64,000 bases of DNA. Origin: Auanema rhodensis (taxonomy: Eukaryota > Animalia > Nematoda). The notes under the pieces were generated by a model that made no database searches, had not been told where the DNA came from, and saw nothing but the letters and a program-made list of their open reading frames with translations. Positions 1 through 14,321 of the stretch are shown in pieces. Where the stretch lies: NCBI GenBank assembly GCA_964057225.1, contig OZ059898.1, positions 9,362,001 to 9,426,000 on the forward strand, read 5' to 3'. Within the stretch, counting starts at the first letter, position 1; each line of letters opens with the position of its first letter. Made by a program: the position numbers and the translations under genes.

Positions 1-1000
1 CAATATCTTGTTCTTCTTGTCGTTATGGGTGGTGGAATTGGAATGTTTAATTGCTTGTACACTGTTATGCAGGTACTTCATTGTTTTCAAAAAAGGAGTT
101 TTATATACTTTCCTAGGAACTTTTATGTCCTTCTGGTTATTCTAACTCGTTTTCTGGAATTTGTGCTGCTCTTATGATTATTGGCGGAGTTGTTGGTGCT
201 GCTGTTAGCGGTGACTCCCAAGTTTATTATATATATATATATATATAATTTTTTTAAGGTATTTTTGTTGACAAAACGAAGTTATATGAGGAAACCTTAA
301 AAATTTGTATGGGGTTAGCTGTTATTTGTGGATTAATATTTATGCAGGTAATGATTCCTGATATCCTGTCTCTATATTAAATTTCCAGCTTACTCTTCAT
401 GTTGGTCTTGCCCCTTACTTGGCTATTACTTGTTTATGCTTTGGCATTCTCGGATTGGCCACCTATCCCGTAGGCTTAGAACTAGCATCTGAGTGCACTT
501 TCCCTGTATCAGAAGCTACTTCAACCGGTTTAATCGTCTTGTCCGGACAAGTACTATACGTTTTTGTAATAAAATGCCTATTTTGTTTTCAGATACAAAG
601 CGTATTGTATGTTTTGGTTATGAAACAATTTGCTCGCCCCCTTCAACCTGATCGTTACAAGCATCAAGTAAGATGAACAATTAATACAAATATTTATCAA
701 TTTTAAGGTTTGTCAATTAGACGATACAGATAAAATGAATGAGCCCAAAGACAGAACTAATTCGGTTATGGTAATCTAGTAAATCTATGAAATTTAAAAT
801 ATGTGTTTATCACAGGTGTTTTCTGTTCTTGCTTCCGCTCTTGTTCTTATATTAGTTATCTTGTTCAAGCCTGTTTACAAACGACTAGAAGCTGAAAGAG
901 CAAATCGTGCTCTACAGGATAAAGGTTATTAAGATTAAGAAAATATATATTTTTAAAGTTTTTTTTTTCAGAAAAGTTAACTGAACCTTTAAATGCTTAA
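1..1000 (+). CDS. MFS transporter, SLC49A3/FLVCR-like, 3' portion (multi-exon; 5' end outside window)
   Basis: Exons give hydrophobic MFS helices (GGGIGMFNCLYTVMQ; FGILGLATYPVGLELASECTFPVSEATSTGLIVLSGQ) separated by ~40-nt GT-AG introns; stop TAA at 998-1000. Confidence 0.75.
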
Positions 1001-1203
1001 TGTGAAAGCTTTATTCAGAATAGGTAGGTCCCATTCGGGCAAAACAAGCAAACTGGCTAAAAGCTATCTATTTCGTTTACTTTAAGCTTTCTGGTTATCA
1101 AAACAATAGTATAACTGAAGTGTTTAACTACATTTACTTCTAATTTCGACGCTTTCTTATGTTAATATTATGTTATTAATAAATCATTTGTTATTAGTAT
1201 AAA

Positions 1204-4074
1204 TCATTGCTCATTGCGCTGACCTCTAACTAAAATTTCTTGAGCTGTGGACAGCACTAGTCTTCCATCTCTGGTCCACATTTTTCCATGAATCAGAGCC
1301 CGTCCTCCACCTGCTATTGTTGATTCAGTCTCGTATAAAACCCAATCGGTATCAATCCGAAAATCGGGACGATGGAACCACATTGTGTGATCCAGGGAAG
1401 CGGCCATTCCTAATTAATCTGATTAGAAAAAAATTAACTGTTTTTCAAGGAACCTAATTTGAATCCAGCGGCAGCATGTGCAGCTATCGGTGTACCTACG
1501 GGCGCAACATCACTAATAAAAGCAGCAACACAATGATGTAATTGTTCATCAATTCCTGAGTAATGTATTTTTCGATTTTTATTGAATGGGAAGAACAACC
1601 TATATCAGTATTATTCTTGACCCAGCATGCGAATTTCATTGGCTGATTTAAAGGAACTTGAATATATTTCAGTGGAGTAATCAGTCGCACTTGAAATGTT
1701 TTTGGGATATCGAGCACCTACATTTGTTAATAAGAAAAATAATAAGAAAGACAATTACTTGCTGATAAGCGGCAGCGGCTCGTTTTCCTTGCTCCGTAAC
1801 ACTATTTGGATTATTTAAGAGTCTGAATATATATATAATTAATATATGTATCTTAAAAAAGTGCATACCTTTCCATGAAATCTCTTGCATTTTCACATTC
1901 CTCAGGCTTTGGTACAATAGGCATTTGATGTTGGTGAGAAATAGAATCATCTTCTAATTTCTGGAAACTATCTAGTTCGAAGAGAGAAGAAAATGTATTC
2001 TTTAATGATTACTTGATATGAAACTGAGCAAGTGCACACTGTCTGGCCATTTTGTCGAGCTTTAACCAAACGAGTAGAAAATGACCTACCATCTCGTACA
2101 CGAGACACTTGATAAACAAGAGGTCTATCAGCATCAGCTGCATTGAACTTTAATTTAATAATTGTATTAAATATACTACCTTGTTGAATGAAATAACAGT
2201 GCAGAGAATGAGCGAACAATCCTTTATCTACAGTTCTATTAGCAGCCATCAAAGCTTGACCAACAACCTAATTTCAAACAACAATTCAATACATGAACAT
2301 TATTTTTATCATACTTGGCCTCCATATACTCTATTAAACGCTTTCCGCCCTCGAAGCTGGTGTGTTGATCTTTAAAAATTGTCATTAGTAATGAAATTTG
2401 TCCTAAAGCACGACACCGAATGAACTCAAGATAAGATCTCAAGCAATGCTCAAGCGAGTATCAATAAAGCTTAGTTGAGTACACAAAGTCAGAAAGATCA
2501 CTGTACACGTTTTACACCTTCATTGATTGATCTAATTGTGAAGCATATATAAAATGTATTATGAATATATAAAACTTGTCCTAAAGCACTTGACACCGAA
2601 TGAACTCAGGATGAGATCCCCAGCAACGCCTATGCATAGTATCAATCTCGCAGAGTTAGGTATACACAGAGTCAGAAAGATCACTGCATACGTTTTACAC
2701 CTGCATTGATTCATCTATTAGTGCAGCATATATATATCTCTAGATGTATGTACCGTACATCATACGGGTGCCAAAATGTTTACAATTAAGGAAAAATATA
2801 CACTTTGGAACGCTCTTCTATGCTACGCATAGTATTATTAAAGCTTAGTCGAGTACACAGAGTCAGAAAGATCACTGTACACGTTTTACACCTTCATTGA
2901 TTGATCTAATTGTGAAGCATATATAAAATGTATTATGAATATATAAAACTTGTCCTAAAGCACTTGACACCGAATGAACTCAGGATGAGATCCCCAGCAA
3001 CGCCTATGCATAGTATCAATCTCGCAGAGTTAGGTATACACAGAGTCAGAAAGATCACTGCATACGTTTTACACCTGCATTGATTCATCTATTAGTGCAG
3101 CATATATATATCTCTAGATGTATGTACCGTACATCATACGTGTGCCAAAATGTTTACAATTAAGGAAAAATATACACTTTGGAACGCTCTTCTATGATAC
3201 GCATAGTATTATTAAATTTTGGTCGAGTACACAGAGTCAGAAAGATCACTGTACACGTTTTACACCTTCATTGATTGATCTAATTGTGAAGCATATATAA
3301 AATGTATTATGAATATATAAAACTTGTCCTAAAGCACTTGACACCGAATGAACTCAGGATGAGATCCCCAGCAACGCCTATGCATAGTATCAATCTCGCA
3401 GAGTTAGGTATACACAGAGTCAGAAAGATCACTGCATACGTTTTACACCTGCATTGATTCATCTATTAGTGCAGCATATATATATCTCTAGATGTATGTA
3501 CCGTACATCATACGGGTGCCAAAATGTTTACAATTAAGGAAAAATATACACTTTGGAACGCTCTTCTATGCTACGCATAGTATTATTAAAGCTTAGTCGA
3601 GTACACAGAGTCAGAAAGATCACTGTACACGTTTTACACCTTCATTGATTGATCTAATTGTGAAGCATATATAAAATGTATCAAGAATATATAAAACTTG
3701 TCCTAAAGCACTTGACACCGAATGAACTCAGGATGAGATCCCCAGCAACGCCTATGCATAGTATCAATCTCGCAGAGTTAGGTATACACAGAGTCAGAAA
3801 GATCACTGCATACGTTTTACACCTGCATTGATTGATGTTGTTAGTACAAGATATATATATATATATATCTCTGTATGCATGTAACGTACATCATATGGGT
3901 GGCAAAAAATAGTCATTATTAATGCAACTGAATAATTCTAGAAATGTATATTTTTTTAGAATAGTAACAAAGTCGCCCAGAAAAGTATCCTTACCTGTAT
4001 AAGTCAGAATCGATTTCTTCTAATTTTAGGAAAGTGTCCAATAAATCAGTCTTGTCATTGGTTGGCTCATCCAT
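1204..4074 (-). CDS. Acyl-CoA thioesterase II (TesB/ACOT8 family), multi-exon
   Basis: Exon 1 MDEPTNDKTDLLDTFLKLEEIDSDLYR (4074-3995); later exons RVYGGQ, AHSLHCYF, RVRDGRSFSTRLVKARQ and ASLDHTMWFH are TesB double-hotdog motifs. Intron 1 (~2370-3994) is expanded by a satellite. Confidence 0.88.
2397..3905. repeat. Intronic tandem satellite, 374-bp unit, about 4 copies, with an internal ~187-bp dimeric substructure
   Basis: AAAACTTGTCCTAAAGCACTTGACACCG recurs at 2571, 2945, 3319 and 3693 (period 374); TACACAGAGTCAGAAAGATCACTG occurs twice per unit. Confidence 0.95.
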
Positions 4075-4677
4075 TTTATGTCAGCAATATATACTGAAAA
4101 AAATAAAATAACAAATAAAACTAATGTGAAAGAAATCGAAGTAATGAATGAATAATGAAGTCAAGGAAAACATAACAAGACGCATGAACAGCCACATGAT
4201 TGTTGTTTATCAATGCGTACTTTGTTCGATTTAGCAATCAATCTTTTTATGATAAGGCCGGTTTTATTTCAAGATCCCTAAGCATAAAGCGGTGACAATT
4301 TCGATTAATTTATACATATTTGGTTGTACCTCCTGAACTCGAACAGTATTCACTATACATAGTATTTTATATATTAGAGGATTTAAATTTTAAATAGTTT
4401 TTGAAATACTTAGAATAGAAAGAAAGTTTATATGTTATATTGGACTTTTTTTATTCCAAAGTAGTTATTACAAGGTTAATTTCAGAATCACAACTTGACA
4501 TTTTCACACCCACAATATGGAATAAACTTTCAGCTACACTATAACTAGATAGGACATAATTTGGCGCGAAAAGTGGTATTCGAACGAGCAAGATAATGTT
4601 CCAAAGTTGCAGTTTAGTTTTGAATACTTTCTATTACTATATTTTTCATTATATTTTTGCATTATCATGCCGTTTAG

Positions 4678-6408
4678 ATGAACAGTTTTATTAATCGAGG
4701 AAATGGAGAGAATTCTGTTAATGTTGCGCGTAAAAACACGAAAATGAATTTTTTGGCAGAAGCTACTGCTTTAGTATGCTTTTTTGCTTTTTAATGAAAC
4801 TTGATGATTCTTTGTAGAAGGCAGATAATGAAAAAGATATTGGGCTGGATAAATTAGGGGATATGCGGAATAATCTTTGCAATGTTGTTGAATACTTTGA
4901 CCTCGTTAAAGAACTCGATAATGTGAAGGTTTTTAATTTTTGAAAATCCATTTTTATTTCTTATATTTAGGTTGAAATTCAACAACTTCAATTTTCTTTA
5001 ATATTTCCGGCAAAAGAATATAAATTGATTGAATTAGATAAAAAACTGTTGGAAGAGTTCGAAAATGATCAAAAGTAGTTTATAAACTAAATATTTTATG
5101 TAAATGAGCTTTAGGTTAGTTTTTCGAGGTGAAGTAGAAGACTACGTAGTGTTGTGCAGTGAGAATCGATCATACGCTGTAAAAGAAGTGGAAACTTCAA
5201 ATTCTCTATTGTTATGCCCTGCTTTAAATTTATCCCAGGCCATTCCACTAGATGCCCCAAATACATTAGAAATAAGAGAAGTTAAAATACTATCCATTAA
5301 AGGTATTCATATATTTTTAGGTGATAGGGTTGTGCCATCATTACCTAGAGTTGAAACAAATAGAGTGTGTTTCATCTTATAGACTTCGAGAAAAGCTTCA
5401 TGAAAACATGTTACCATGGGACTGGATGAGTTCTGAAAAAGACAATACTGGGAAAACGTACGTTGTTATTGTTATATTAATTATGTTTATTTAAAATTAG
5501 GTATTCTTTAACGGAGCTCTTAGATACCGTGCAGATGAGTGCGGGTGAGATGCAGGATCTACTAGTGCAAATGCCAGTGGTAAAGCATATGGGTAACATA
5601 TTCAGTAATTATGAATACCTCATTTCAATTTAGGTAAGCTTCGATGGCTCTCATACGATTTGAGAGATAATTTAATCAATCTAATAGTCGAATACTGTGA
5701 TGATGATGAGAAAGTTGAAATAAATATAAACTCAGTTAGTTTTTAGTGTTGCTTTCTTCTTTTTAATTCCAGTTTAGGTTAATTTTGAATCCTTGCGTTC
5801 TAATCTGCCCGAACAATTAACCGATGAAATGATATCATGGTTTCTTCACAGCCATTGCAGAAAAACTAGCAATGGTACGTTTACCTGGGAATAAAATTAT
5901 GCGAATTTTTGTGTAGAATATCAAATGGATGAAAGAAAGATAATTAGGAGTATTAGTTCCTTTCTCCTTCGAAATGTATCAAAATTGGATACGGCAGCAT
6001 TCGAGAAACAGATTAATCAACTTCTTCCTATGAGAATGCAACTTGAGTAAGTTATATTTCTGCTGTATTTCTTATTGCTTTGTGCCTTCAGGTTTTCTTA
6101 TTTAAGTGGTATTGCATTAATTGAAGATTCTTTCAAGGGAAAATTTATATCCTATTTGAATGTTGAAGATCTTCCGGAGCAGCCCAGAGATAGGTATCAC
6201 ATATATCTCATTTGTTATTATAGTGTTTTTTTTCAGATTAAAATTACTTTTTGAAAAAAAGTCATTGTGGACAATGGATGAAATCGCTCCTTACCTCTCT
6301 GATATTTGCAGTTCAACTAAAGCAATGAACGCTTTTATGGTTACTCACTGTCGAAGTACAAAGAATGATGACGGTCAAAAAGTATTTTGTTCAATAAAAC
6401 CAGTTTAA
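4678..6408 (+). CDS. DSCC1: Sister chromatid cohesion protein DCC1/DSCC1 (multi-exon; start approximate)
   Basis: LVFRGEVEDYVVLCSENRSYAVKEVETSNSLLL and C-terminal RLKLLFEKKSLWTMDEIAPYLSDI are typical of Dcc1. Confidence 0.85.
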
Positions 6409-6683
6409 GCCTTTCGTGGTTTTGTAAAGCCGAAAAAAATTGCATATATTTTGTTTTCTGCACTGATTGTACGCCTTGCGTTTTTGTTGGCGCATTAAAA
6501 TGAAATGCTCAATTTATTATTCAGTTTTCAATGAAATTGTATATAAACTATCTTTCTTTTTTCATTCACTTGATAGTTGCGTACTATTTGTGTAGATAAT
6601 TGGTTTCACTCTCATTAAATATTTGAAAAATTTAAATGTAAATAATATATATCACTTAGAAATACGAATGATATGATTATATA

Positions 6684-9665
6684 ATGACAGGATTAAAAGG
6701 CGGTGCTTCATGTCAACACCGATCGAAAAAATCGTTAATTAATGCTAAGGTTTGCTTTTTTTTTCACATGTAATTAAGTATGTAGACTTAAGGCTGTTCG
6801 AAGCAAGCTGAAAAAGCATGTTAATTCTTGTGAAGAATGCGATCGTTTAGAAAAAAATGGCAAAGAAACTATTCGGCAAGATGTAAGAAAATAGTTTAAT
6901 TCCTCTAAGTACTGTCTAATTAGAACGAAGTCCATCTATGTTTAACATGTGGTCTTATGATATGTAGCCCTCATGCAAAGCTTCACTGTGAAGCTATTCG
7001 GACTGGTGACGGTCATCCTTTTGTTTTTTATCCCGCCAAGAGTACTATCAGGTAAATGTTCTGTTATTAAAACTTTAAATTTAGTACGGTTCACTTTTAC
7101 GCATAATTCATTCAGTCTATTTTTTATCTAATTTTCGCTAAATTTGTTCTTATCGAATTTTTATATGTAAATATGTTTTGGTTGAAATGGGTGGTTTCAT
7201 CGAGAAAACTTACAGATGCCATCCTTGCGATACTACATTAGAGCCGTTGGATGATAACAATGATCCTGTCCGTTTATTTTATAATGATTATAAGTCTTTT
7301 AATAAGAATGCTGTATAATTTTTTTACTGGAATAAGTATAGTATAATATTACATTCAGGCTTCTTCAGGCAATTGTTGCACCCCCTTGGTTGAATCATTA
7401 ACAATGGTTAGTTTTTGTGCTATAGAAGTAATGATTAAATAATTTTGTGCAGCATCAACCACCTGAAAAAAGTATAGCTGAAAAAAATCCTGTTGATAAC
7501 AAGGGCTCTATTACAAAGAGTTTACTCGAAAATGGTTCAACCCTCAGAAATGATAATGGACTTTCCAACTCTTTGACTCCAGCCAAAGTTGGTTCTGTTC
7601 TTTATAAATGTTATTGTAATACCACGTATAGGGACTACCTAATCTTGGTAACACGTGCTTCTATAATAGCGTTATGCAATGCATAATGCACACTCATCAT
7701 TTTCTTTATTATTTTGAAAAGTACGTTATTTTGTTAAAATGTATACATATCTTTTGTAACAGATTCTGTCGTGTTAAATCAATCAACTTTGATCAACTTC
7801 GAACAGTTGTTGTGAATGAAGAAAAAACAATATTACAGGTATTAGTGAAAAATTATTCAATCATTTATATTTTTTATTCAGCCGACTACTATTTCTATCG
7901 AGCCGTCGGAGAGTCCTTTGAATTTCAATCTGCATGGTTTCTTATCTGAATTTCGTGCAGGCACAAGTCCTTCTCCTGGAACTGTTTTTGCTCAGATAGC
8001 TAAAAAAGCACCTAGGTTTAAAGGGTGGCAACAACAAGATGCTCATGAGTTGCTTAGGTTATTTTGTGATTCTTCAAAACAACAGTAATTTCCATCTTTA
8101 ATAGGTATTTACTTGATGGTCTACGTAGTGAAGAGTTGGAATGGTATAAACAAGGGATAGCTAATCACCTAGGCTTAAAACCTACAACAAATCCCAAAAA
8201 AATTGATCCAATTTTGGTTAAAACTGCGAAAGGTATATACATGCTTTAAATGTTTTAATAACGTTATTTAGGGTATCTACAAGCGGCCGGGCGACCACTG
8301 CTTGATGCTGTCTTTGGAGGTACTTTACTTCAAACTATTAAGTGTTCAGAATGTGGCCACATTAGTGATCGCAATGAGCAGGTGAACATTTATGAGTATT
8401 GTAATTAGGATACAAAATTATTTCTAGTTTTTGGATTTATCTGTGCCCATAACAAACAATTCATATGCTCGACCATTAAAAAATGGATGTACTACGATAA
8501 GTAATCATCAAAAGAAGAAGTTGGATAAGCAATCAAGAAAGGCAAGCGAGTACGAAGACCTTATCACTTAAAAATAATGTATTACAGGCTCTACGCAGAC
8601 ATCAACCAGTTAATAAATCTATATTGATTAATCAGGAAGAAGAGGGTATCGGATGAGGATAAAGCAATATCTATTTATAGTATTTAGATTTTTCTGCTGC
8701 AATTGACTGTTTGGATCTCTCTGAAAACTCAGAAGATGACGAAAACTTCACTAAAGGAGCTCTTTTAGATTATACGGTTTTTCCTTTCTCAGTTACCTCT
8801 ATTAGGATAACAATTTAGAAGGTTCTTGTTCCGCCTCCTTTGGAATATAGTCATGAGAAGCATTTGGGTGCTTGTCTTTTAGAATTTACAGCTGAAGAGA
8901 TTTTGAGTGGTCCCAATGCCTACGAATGTGAAAAGTGTTGCACACCCAGAAATAAAAAGGTGAAATATATGATACCCACTCAATTGTACCTTTTCTTCAG
9001 ATGGATGGTAAAAATAATTTGAAGAAACTAGTAGAAGCTTCGAAGAGGTACCTAATATATGAGCCTCCTGTTGTCTTGACTCTACATTTAAAACGTTTCC
9101 AACAACTTAGTGGGGTAACAGGTCTAATTTTGTGGTTACATGTTTAAGTTCTTATAATTATTTTTCAGGTAGACTAACCACTAGAAAATTAGGCGGACAT
9201 ATTAGTTTTCCCCTTCTTTTCGACATTGCACCTTTCTGTTGCAAAAACGTGGAAAGATTGTCGTCAGGGCAGAAAAAGATTATGTATTCACTCTATGGGG
9301 TTGTTGTTCATTCTGGTGATTTATCTGGTGGGCATTATATAGCCTATGTCAAAAGTAGATATAGAGTAGCTCATGTAAGCTTGAAAATCCGGATGTTAAA
9401 ATTTAAATAACTTTAGGCTCTCAACTTTTTGGAAAGTGCGCGAGCTTCTTCTGTGGATGGTTTAGCCTTTCCAAACTTTGAAAATTGTTTGCCAATTCCC
9501 GAAAATCCTGATGCTCCAGATGGACAATGGTTAAGTTTTAATGATTGGATTGTGTTATTGTATATTTTTAGGTATTACTGTAGCGATAGCCGAGTTAATG
9601 CTGTCTCTGAGGCAAAGGTATTAGGAGCCGAAGCTTATATTCTGTTTTACGAGCGTATACTTTAA
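6684..9665 (+). CDS. Ubiquitin-specific protease with N-terminal zf-UBP, USP16/USP45-like (multi-exon; start approximate)
   Basis: Cys box GLPNLGNTCFYNSVMQ (~7631), QQDAHELL, FLDLSVP, His box YSLYGVVVHSGDLSGGHYIAYVK, terminal AYILFYER; N-terminal CLTCG..C..HAKLH zinc finger. Confidence 0.88.
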
Positions 9666-11071
9666 CCCAAATTCCTACATTTAGATACTTTTTTTTAATT
9701 TTATAAAAATTTAATGGATGTTATCGGAACCTTTCCTTAATTCATGCGGGTTAAATGATATACTTTTGGATATTAGTATTTTACATATAGTGTATGAAAT
9801 TCAAATATTGAAAATGTTCATACCACCATATATCATTAAATTCTGGCTATGATAACGTTCCACCCTATCTCGAGCAGCCACGTGTTGTTTCTCTTAGCTT
9901 CAGTCACGAAAGAAAACTATGAATGTGTCTATCATTCTTTATCACTGTCTTGATTTTCCAGCTATAAGTTATTATGGATTCCTGTGATTCCGCTCCGCTA
10001 ATATATCCGGAACATCAATTGTCTCTTATCCTTTCTTCTCTTCTTTTCCTTTTCTTCATTTTAGTCTTGGACCTCCTAGTAGATAGACGTTGTTCTGACA
10101 TGGTCTGGTTGGCGAAGATAACCCGTTTTTTCCCTGTTGAATTTCGAATCGCATTTTCCTCAGTGATTGCCTATACCAACGTCCTATTGTAGCAAGTGCC
10201 TTTATTCATTTCACTTAGAATACGAAATATAGTATAAATGTTACCTAATCTTTTGTCAGCATTCTGCTATATGACCACTAGACGTGTACTTTTGTGACTA
10301 TTGATACTTACTAGGGTACTTTTAAGTTTAGAATATTTTCAAAATTAAAAATATATATATATATAAAGTAAATGAATTGTTGTTTAGTAAGAGATAATAA
10401 ATGATAGTTTGTTTGATATTCTTATCTCTCTCTGTTATCAGTATTTCAAATATTGTAATATATTTTGGTGGAGGACGCTATTTGAGACATTGAACTGTGA
10501 AATAGCAATAGGTATTTTGTTTTCCCTCTAGTCCCATCTGCCTATGTTGATATATATTTTTAAATTTGTATGTAATTTTAAAATTAAAATGTTTAAAACT
10601 TATTTTTAAACTTGATTCATATATTCCTTCTCTTTTGTACACATCAGCGAAATAGAAAAGCAAACACTAGCAGAGCTTGATTTTAACTTCTCTCTGTTCA
10701 CATTTGCTAACACTGCACTTTCCTAGAATTTATGAAAGAAAATGTGACCCAATATGATCCTACTGATGCCTCACATTTCTTCTACCTTAATCCTAGAAAT
10801 GGCCGATCCTTTTGAAATGTATCCGTTTGTAAACCTGATAGTATGATATAAATAAATTGGTAATATTTTTTTCACGTTATTTTTTTAATAACACTCATGT
10901 TTGATTATTATTTTCTGAATTATTTCAAAAAATAGTTTATTTTATTGTTTGAATTTGTACATTATTTACGAGCATTAGTATATTTCAACTTTACTATAGT
11001 ATCTATGCTGTATTTCTCGAGTTTTTTCTATCATGTCATTATAGAATGGCTTTTCTAACAAATATTTTAGA

Positions 11072-14040
11072 ATGGCGCTAACGCCGCGTTCAGCGCTTCT
11101 TAGTATTGCGATTTTTGCAACTTCTATGCTATTAGTAGGTCGAGCCAGGTAATTTCAGAAATTAAATTGTTTATTAAGTGGATAAATATAGTTTCCTTCT
11201 ATTTTATTAAAGTCTACAAGAACAAAATTATACATATGTTTTTGATTGTCATTTGTTCCAGATGGTGGTTATGTGCTATTGTCTTCGTAATATTCCGAAT
11301 TAGTCAGCTTGACTTTTTTGACCGAATGCGTAAGACCTTAAAACGGGATCTTACGTGAGTTTTTCCTTTCGATTATTCTGTAGTTTATTTCTTCTTTCTA
11401 TTTCAGTGGATTGATTTTATTATTTCGTGTTAAACGAGAAATTAAAAAGCGTATCGCTGATAATAAGCCTATACATTCTATTTTTTTAGAACAGGTATCA
11501 TTGCCAAATAATATATGTTATATTGTGTAAATTAGGTTCAAAAGCATCCTCAAAAAGTTGCATGTATTGAAATAGACAGTGGCACCCAGCTAACTTATAA
11601 TGAACTAAACCAGCTAATGAACAAATATGCTAACTTTTTCCAGGTCGACTATTTTTCGTTGTTCGTAAGAAAAATATATTCGATTTCAGGCTGAAGGTTT
11701 AAAGGCAAATGATGTAATTTCCCTTTATATGGAGAATAGTATTGACTTCTTCGCTATTTGGCTTGGTCTATCAAAAGTTTGCTAACTGTTTCTATTTTAA
11801 TAAAAAGTTTTTTTTCAGATTGGAGTTATCTCATCTTTCATTAATTCAAACTTAAAGCTCGAACCATTAGCTCATTCCATTAATGTTGCCAAGTCAAAAA
11901 AAATTATAACCACCTCTAGTTTGCTGCCTAGTAATATTTAATTCCACATGTAAACTTCCTTTTCTGACATTACTTCAGCTCTCCTGTCTACTATCCAATC
12001 TGGGCTTCTTTCTGAAGAACAAGAAATTTTGTTGACGAAAGGGGATCAAACAGGGTCATATAGAAATCTCGACACTCTTTTAAAGGACGTTTCAACTGAT
12101 GAACCTATATGTACTAACATCGATTTCCAAAGTGAGTAGCTTTATATATCATGATAGTAATTAAAGTTTAGATGTTCTTTGTTATATTTACACTTCTGGA
12201 ACTACGGGGAATCCCAAGCCGGCTGTCATTAAACATTTTCGGTTCATTAACTCACTTGTTCTATTTTGTGCTATGTACATCGTTTCAGATATTACTGGAT
12301 AGCAATGGGTTCTGGATCTGCTTTTGGTATCAGAGATGATGATGTTGTGTATATAACGATGCCTCTATATCATTCTGCAGCCGGAATCATGGGTATATAA
12401 ACTAAGAAAAAGCAAACTTTGAAATTGCTATTTCAGGAATAGGATCAATGATTGTTAAAGGCACAACAACTGTTATTAGAAAGAAATTTTCTGCTAGTAA
12501 CTTTTGGAAAGACTGTGTTAAGTACAATTGTACAGCTAGTCAATATATTGGCGAAATTTGCAGGTTCACTTTTTTTGTTATTCTTCAATCAGAGTTTTGT
12601 TCAAAAATATCAGATCTTGTTCTTATCGTTTAAGATGAGATTTTTATTAAATTATATGAAATTGAATTATTTCTAAAAATATATATTTCAAATATTATGT
12701 TGTAAAATGCTTCTTCTATTTTATTATATTAAAAATATCAACAAAGTTTAGATATCTACTTGCTCAGCCTGTTTCCCTCGTAGAGAAAGATCATAAAGTT
12801 CGTCTAATGTGGGGAAATGGTCTAAGAGCTGAAATATGGCCCGAATTTGTAAAACGATTTGGTATAAAAAGAATAGGTGAACTATATGGTTCCACTGAAG
12901 GAAATTCAAACATTGGTATGTTTTAAATAGTTATAATATAACAATATCAGTTATTATCAATTCAGTCAATGTTGATAATCATGTTGGATCTTGCGGGTTT
13001 TTCCCTATATATCCTGGACTATCTTCATTGTATCCTGTTCGTTTAATAAAAATTAACAAAGAAACTGGGGAACTTGTCAGAGATGAGGTATTTATAAAAT
13101 CACAACTTCGCAAAATTTTTCTTTTAGAAGACAGGACTGTGCGTACAGTGTAAACCTGGTGAAATAGGGGAGATGGTTGGTGTAATCAAAAATAAGGTTT
13201 TACTTTAGTTAGTAAAAAATACGATTACCATTTTTAAGGATATTCTTTTAAAATTTGAAGGATATGTAGATCAAAAAGACACACAAAAAAAAATATACCG
13301 AGATGTAGTGAAGAAAGGAGATCATGTAAGCATTTTATTCAACCAAATTTCAATAAATTTGTATTATAGGTGTTTGCTAGCGGTGACATTCTTTATTGGG
13401 ATGAGTTAGGATATCTTTATTTCAAAGACAGAAGGGGTGATACTTACAGGTACGCCTTTTTTTAAATTGAGGGGGAAAATAAGCTTATAGATGGAAAGGA
13501 GAAAATGTATCAACAACAGAAGTTGAGAGTATATTACAACCTGTTATGAGCGTGGAAGATGCAACTGTTTATGGTGTTGAGGTTCTTAACCCTTGTTTAG
13601 CTTAATAAATTGGCGCATTGCTTACTTAAGATAGGTAAAATGGAGGGCCGTGCTGGTATGGCAGCTGTTGTTCTTAAAGAAGGAGAAAGCGTAACTGTAA
13701 GCATCTATAGCAACATACTCTATTAAATGTTCTTAGGAATTCATTGATGAAATAGGAAGACGTTTATTTGCTAACTTGGCATCTTACGCGATTCCATGCT
13801 TTATTCGATTATGCAAGGAAGTAGACAGAACAGGTAAAATTGTGTTGGAATATTATCTGAAAAGTACTTTTTGAAGGGACATTCAAGCTGAAAAAAATTG
13901 ATCTTCAAAAGCAAGGTTTTGATCTCGCAAAATGTAAAGAAGATAAAGTGTTTTATTGGGATATATCTGCAAAGAGGTATAAAGAAATGGATGAAAAAAT
14001 GCAAAGAGATATTGACAATGGTGTATACAGTAAGTTTTAA
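11072..14040 (+). CDS. Fatty acid transport protein / very-long-chain acyl-CoA synthetase (SLC27, acs-20/acs-22-like), multi-exon
   Basis: AMP-binding motif [66 protein letters not shown]. Confidence 0.9.
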
Positions 14041-14321
14041 GCAGGGTTTCACATTTTCGAACATCTTGCCATATTTTATTATTTTGCTCATACTATGGGT
14101 GTTTCTAACGAGCATTCACACATTCCATGCAATTGTAATTCCATGTATATTTATAGTGCACTTAATTAGATGTTTCACAGCAGTGTTTCATTAAAAAATA
14201 AATATTCCACATAAAAATTAGTAAGTAATACAGTACCAGATCAATGCTTATTCTAAAAAGGAAAGAGTATTTACAGTATTGTTTACTGTGAGCGTAAAAT
14301 AGTAAACCCGAAATCAGGAAT

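Noticed and set aside
3118-3300. 60-aa ORF in the satellite
   Set aside because: Lies inside a tandem repeat within an intron; no protein features.
9974-10192. 72-aa hydrophobic ORF upstream of the FATP gene
   Set aside because: Hydrophobicity is explained by a pyrimidine-rich tract; no motif or second copy supports it.
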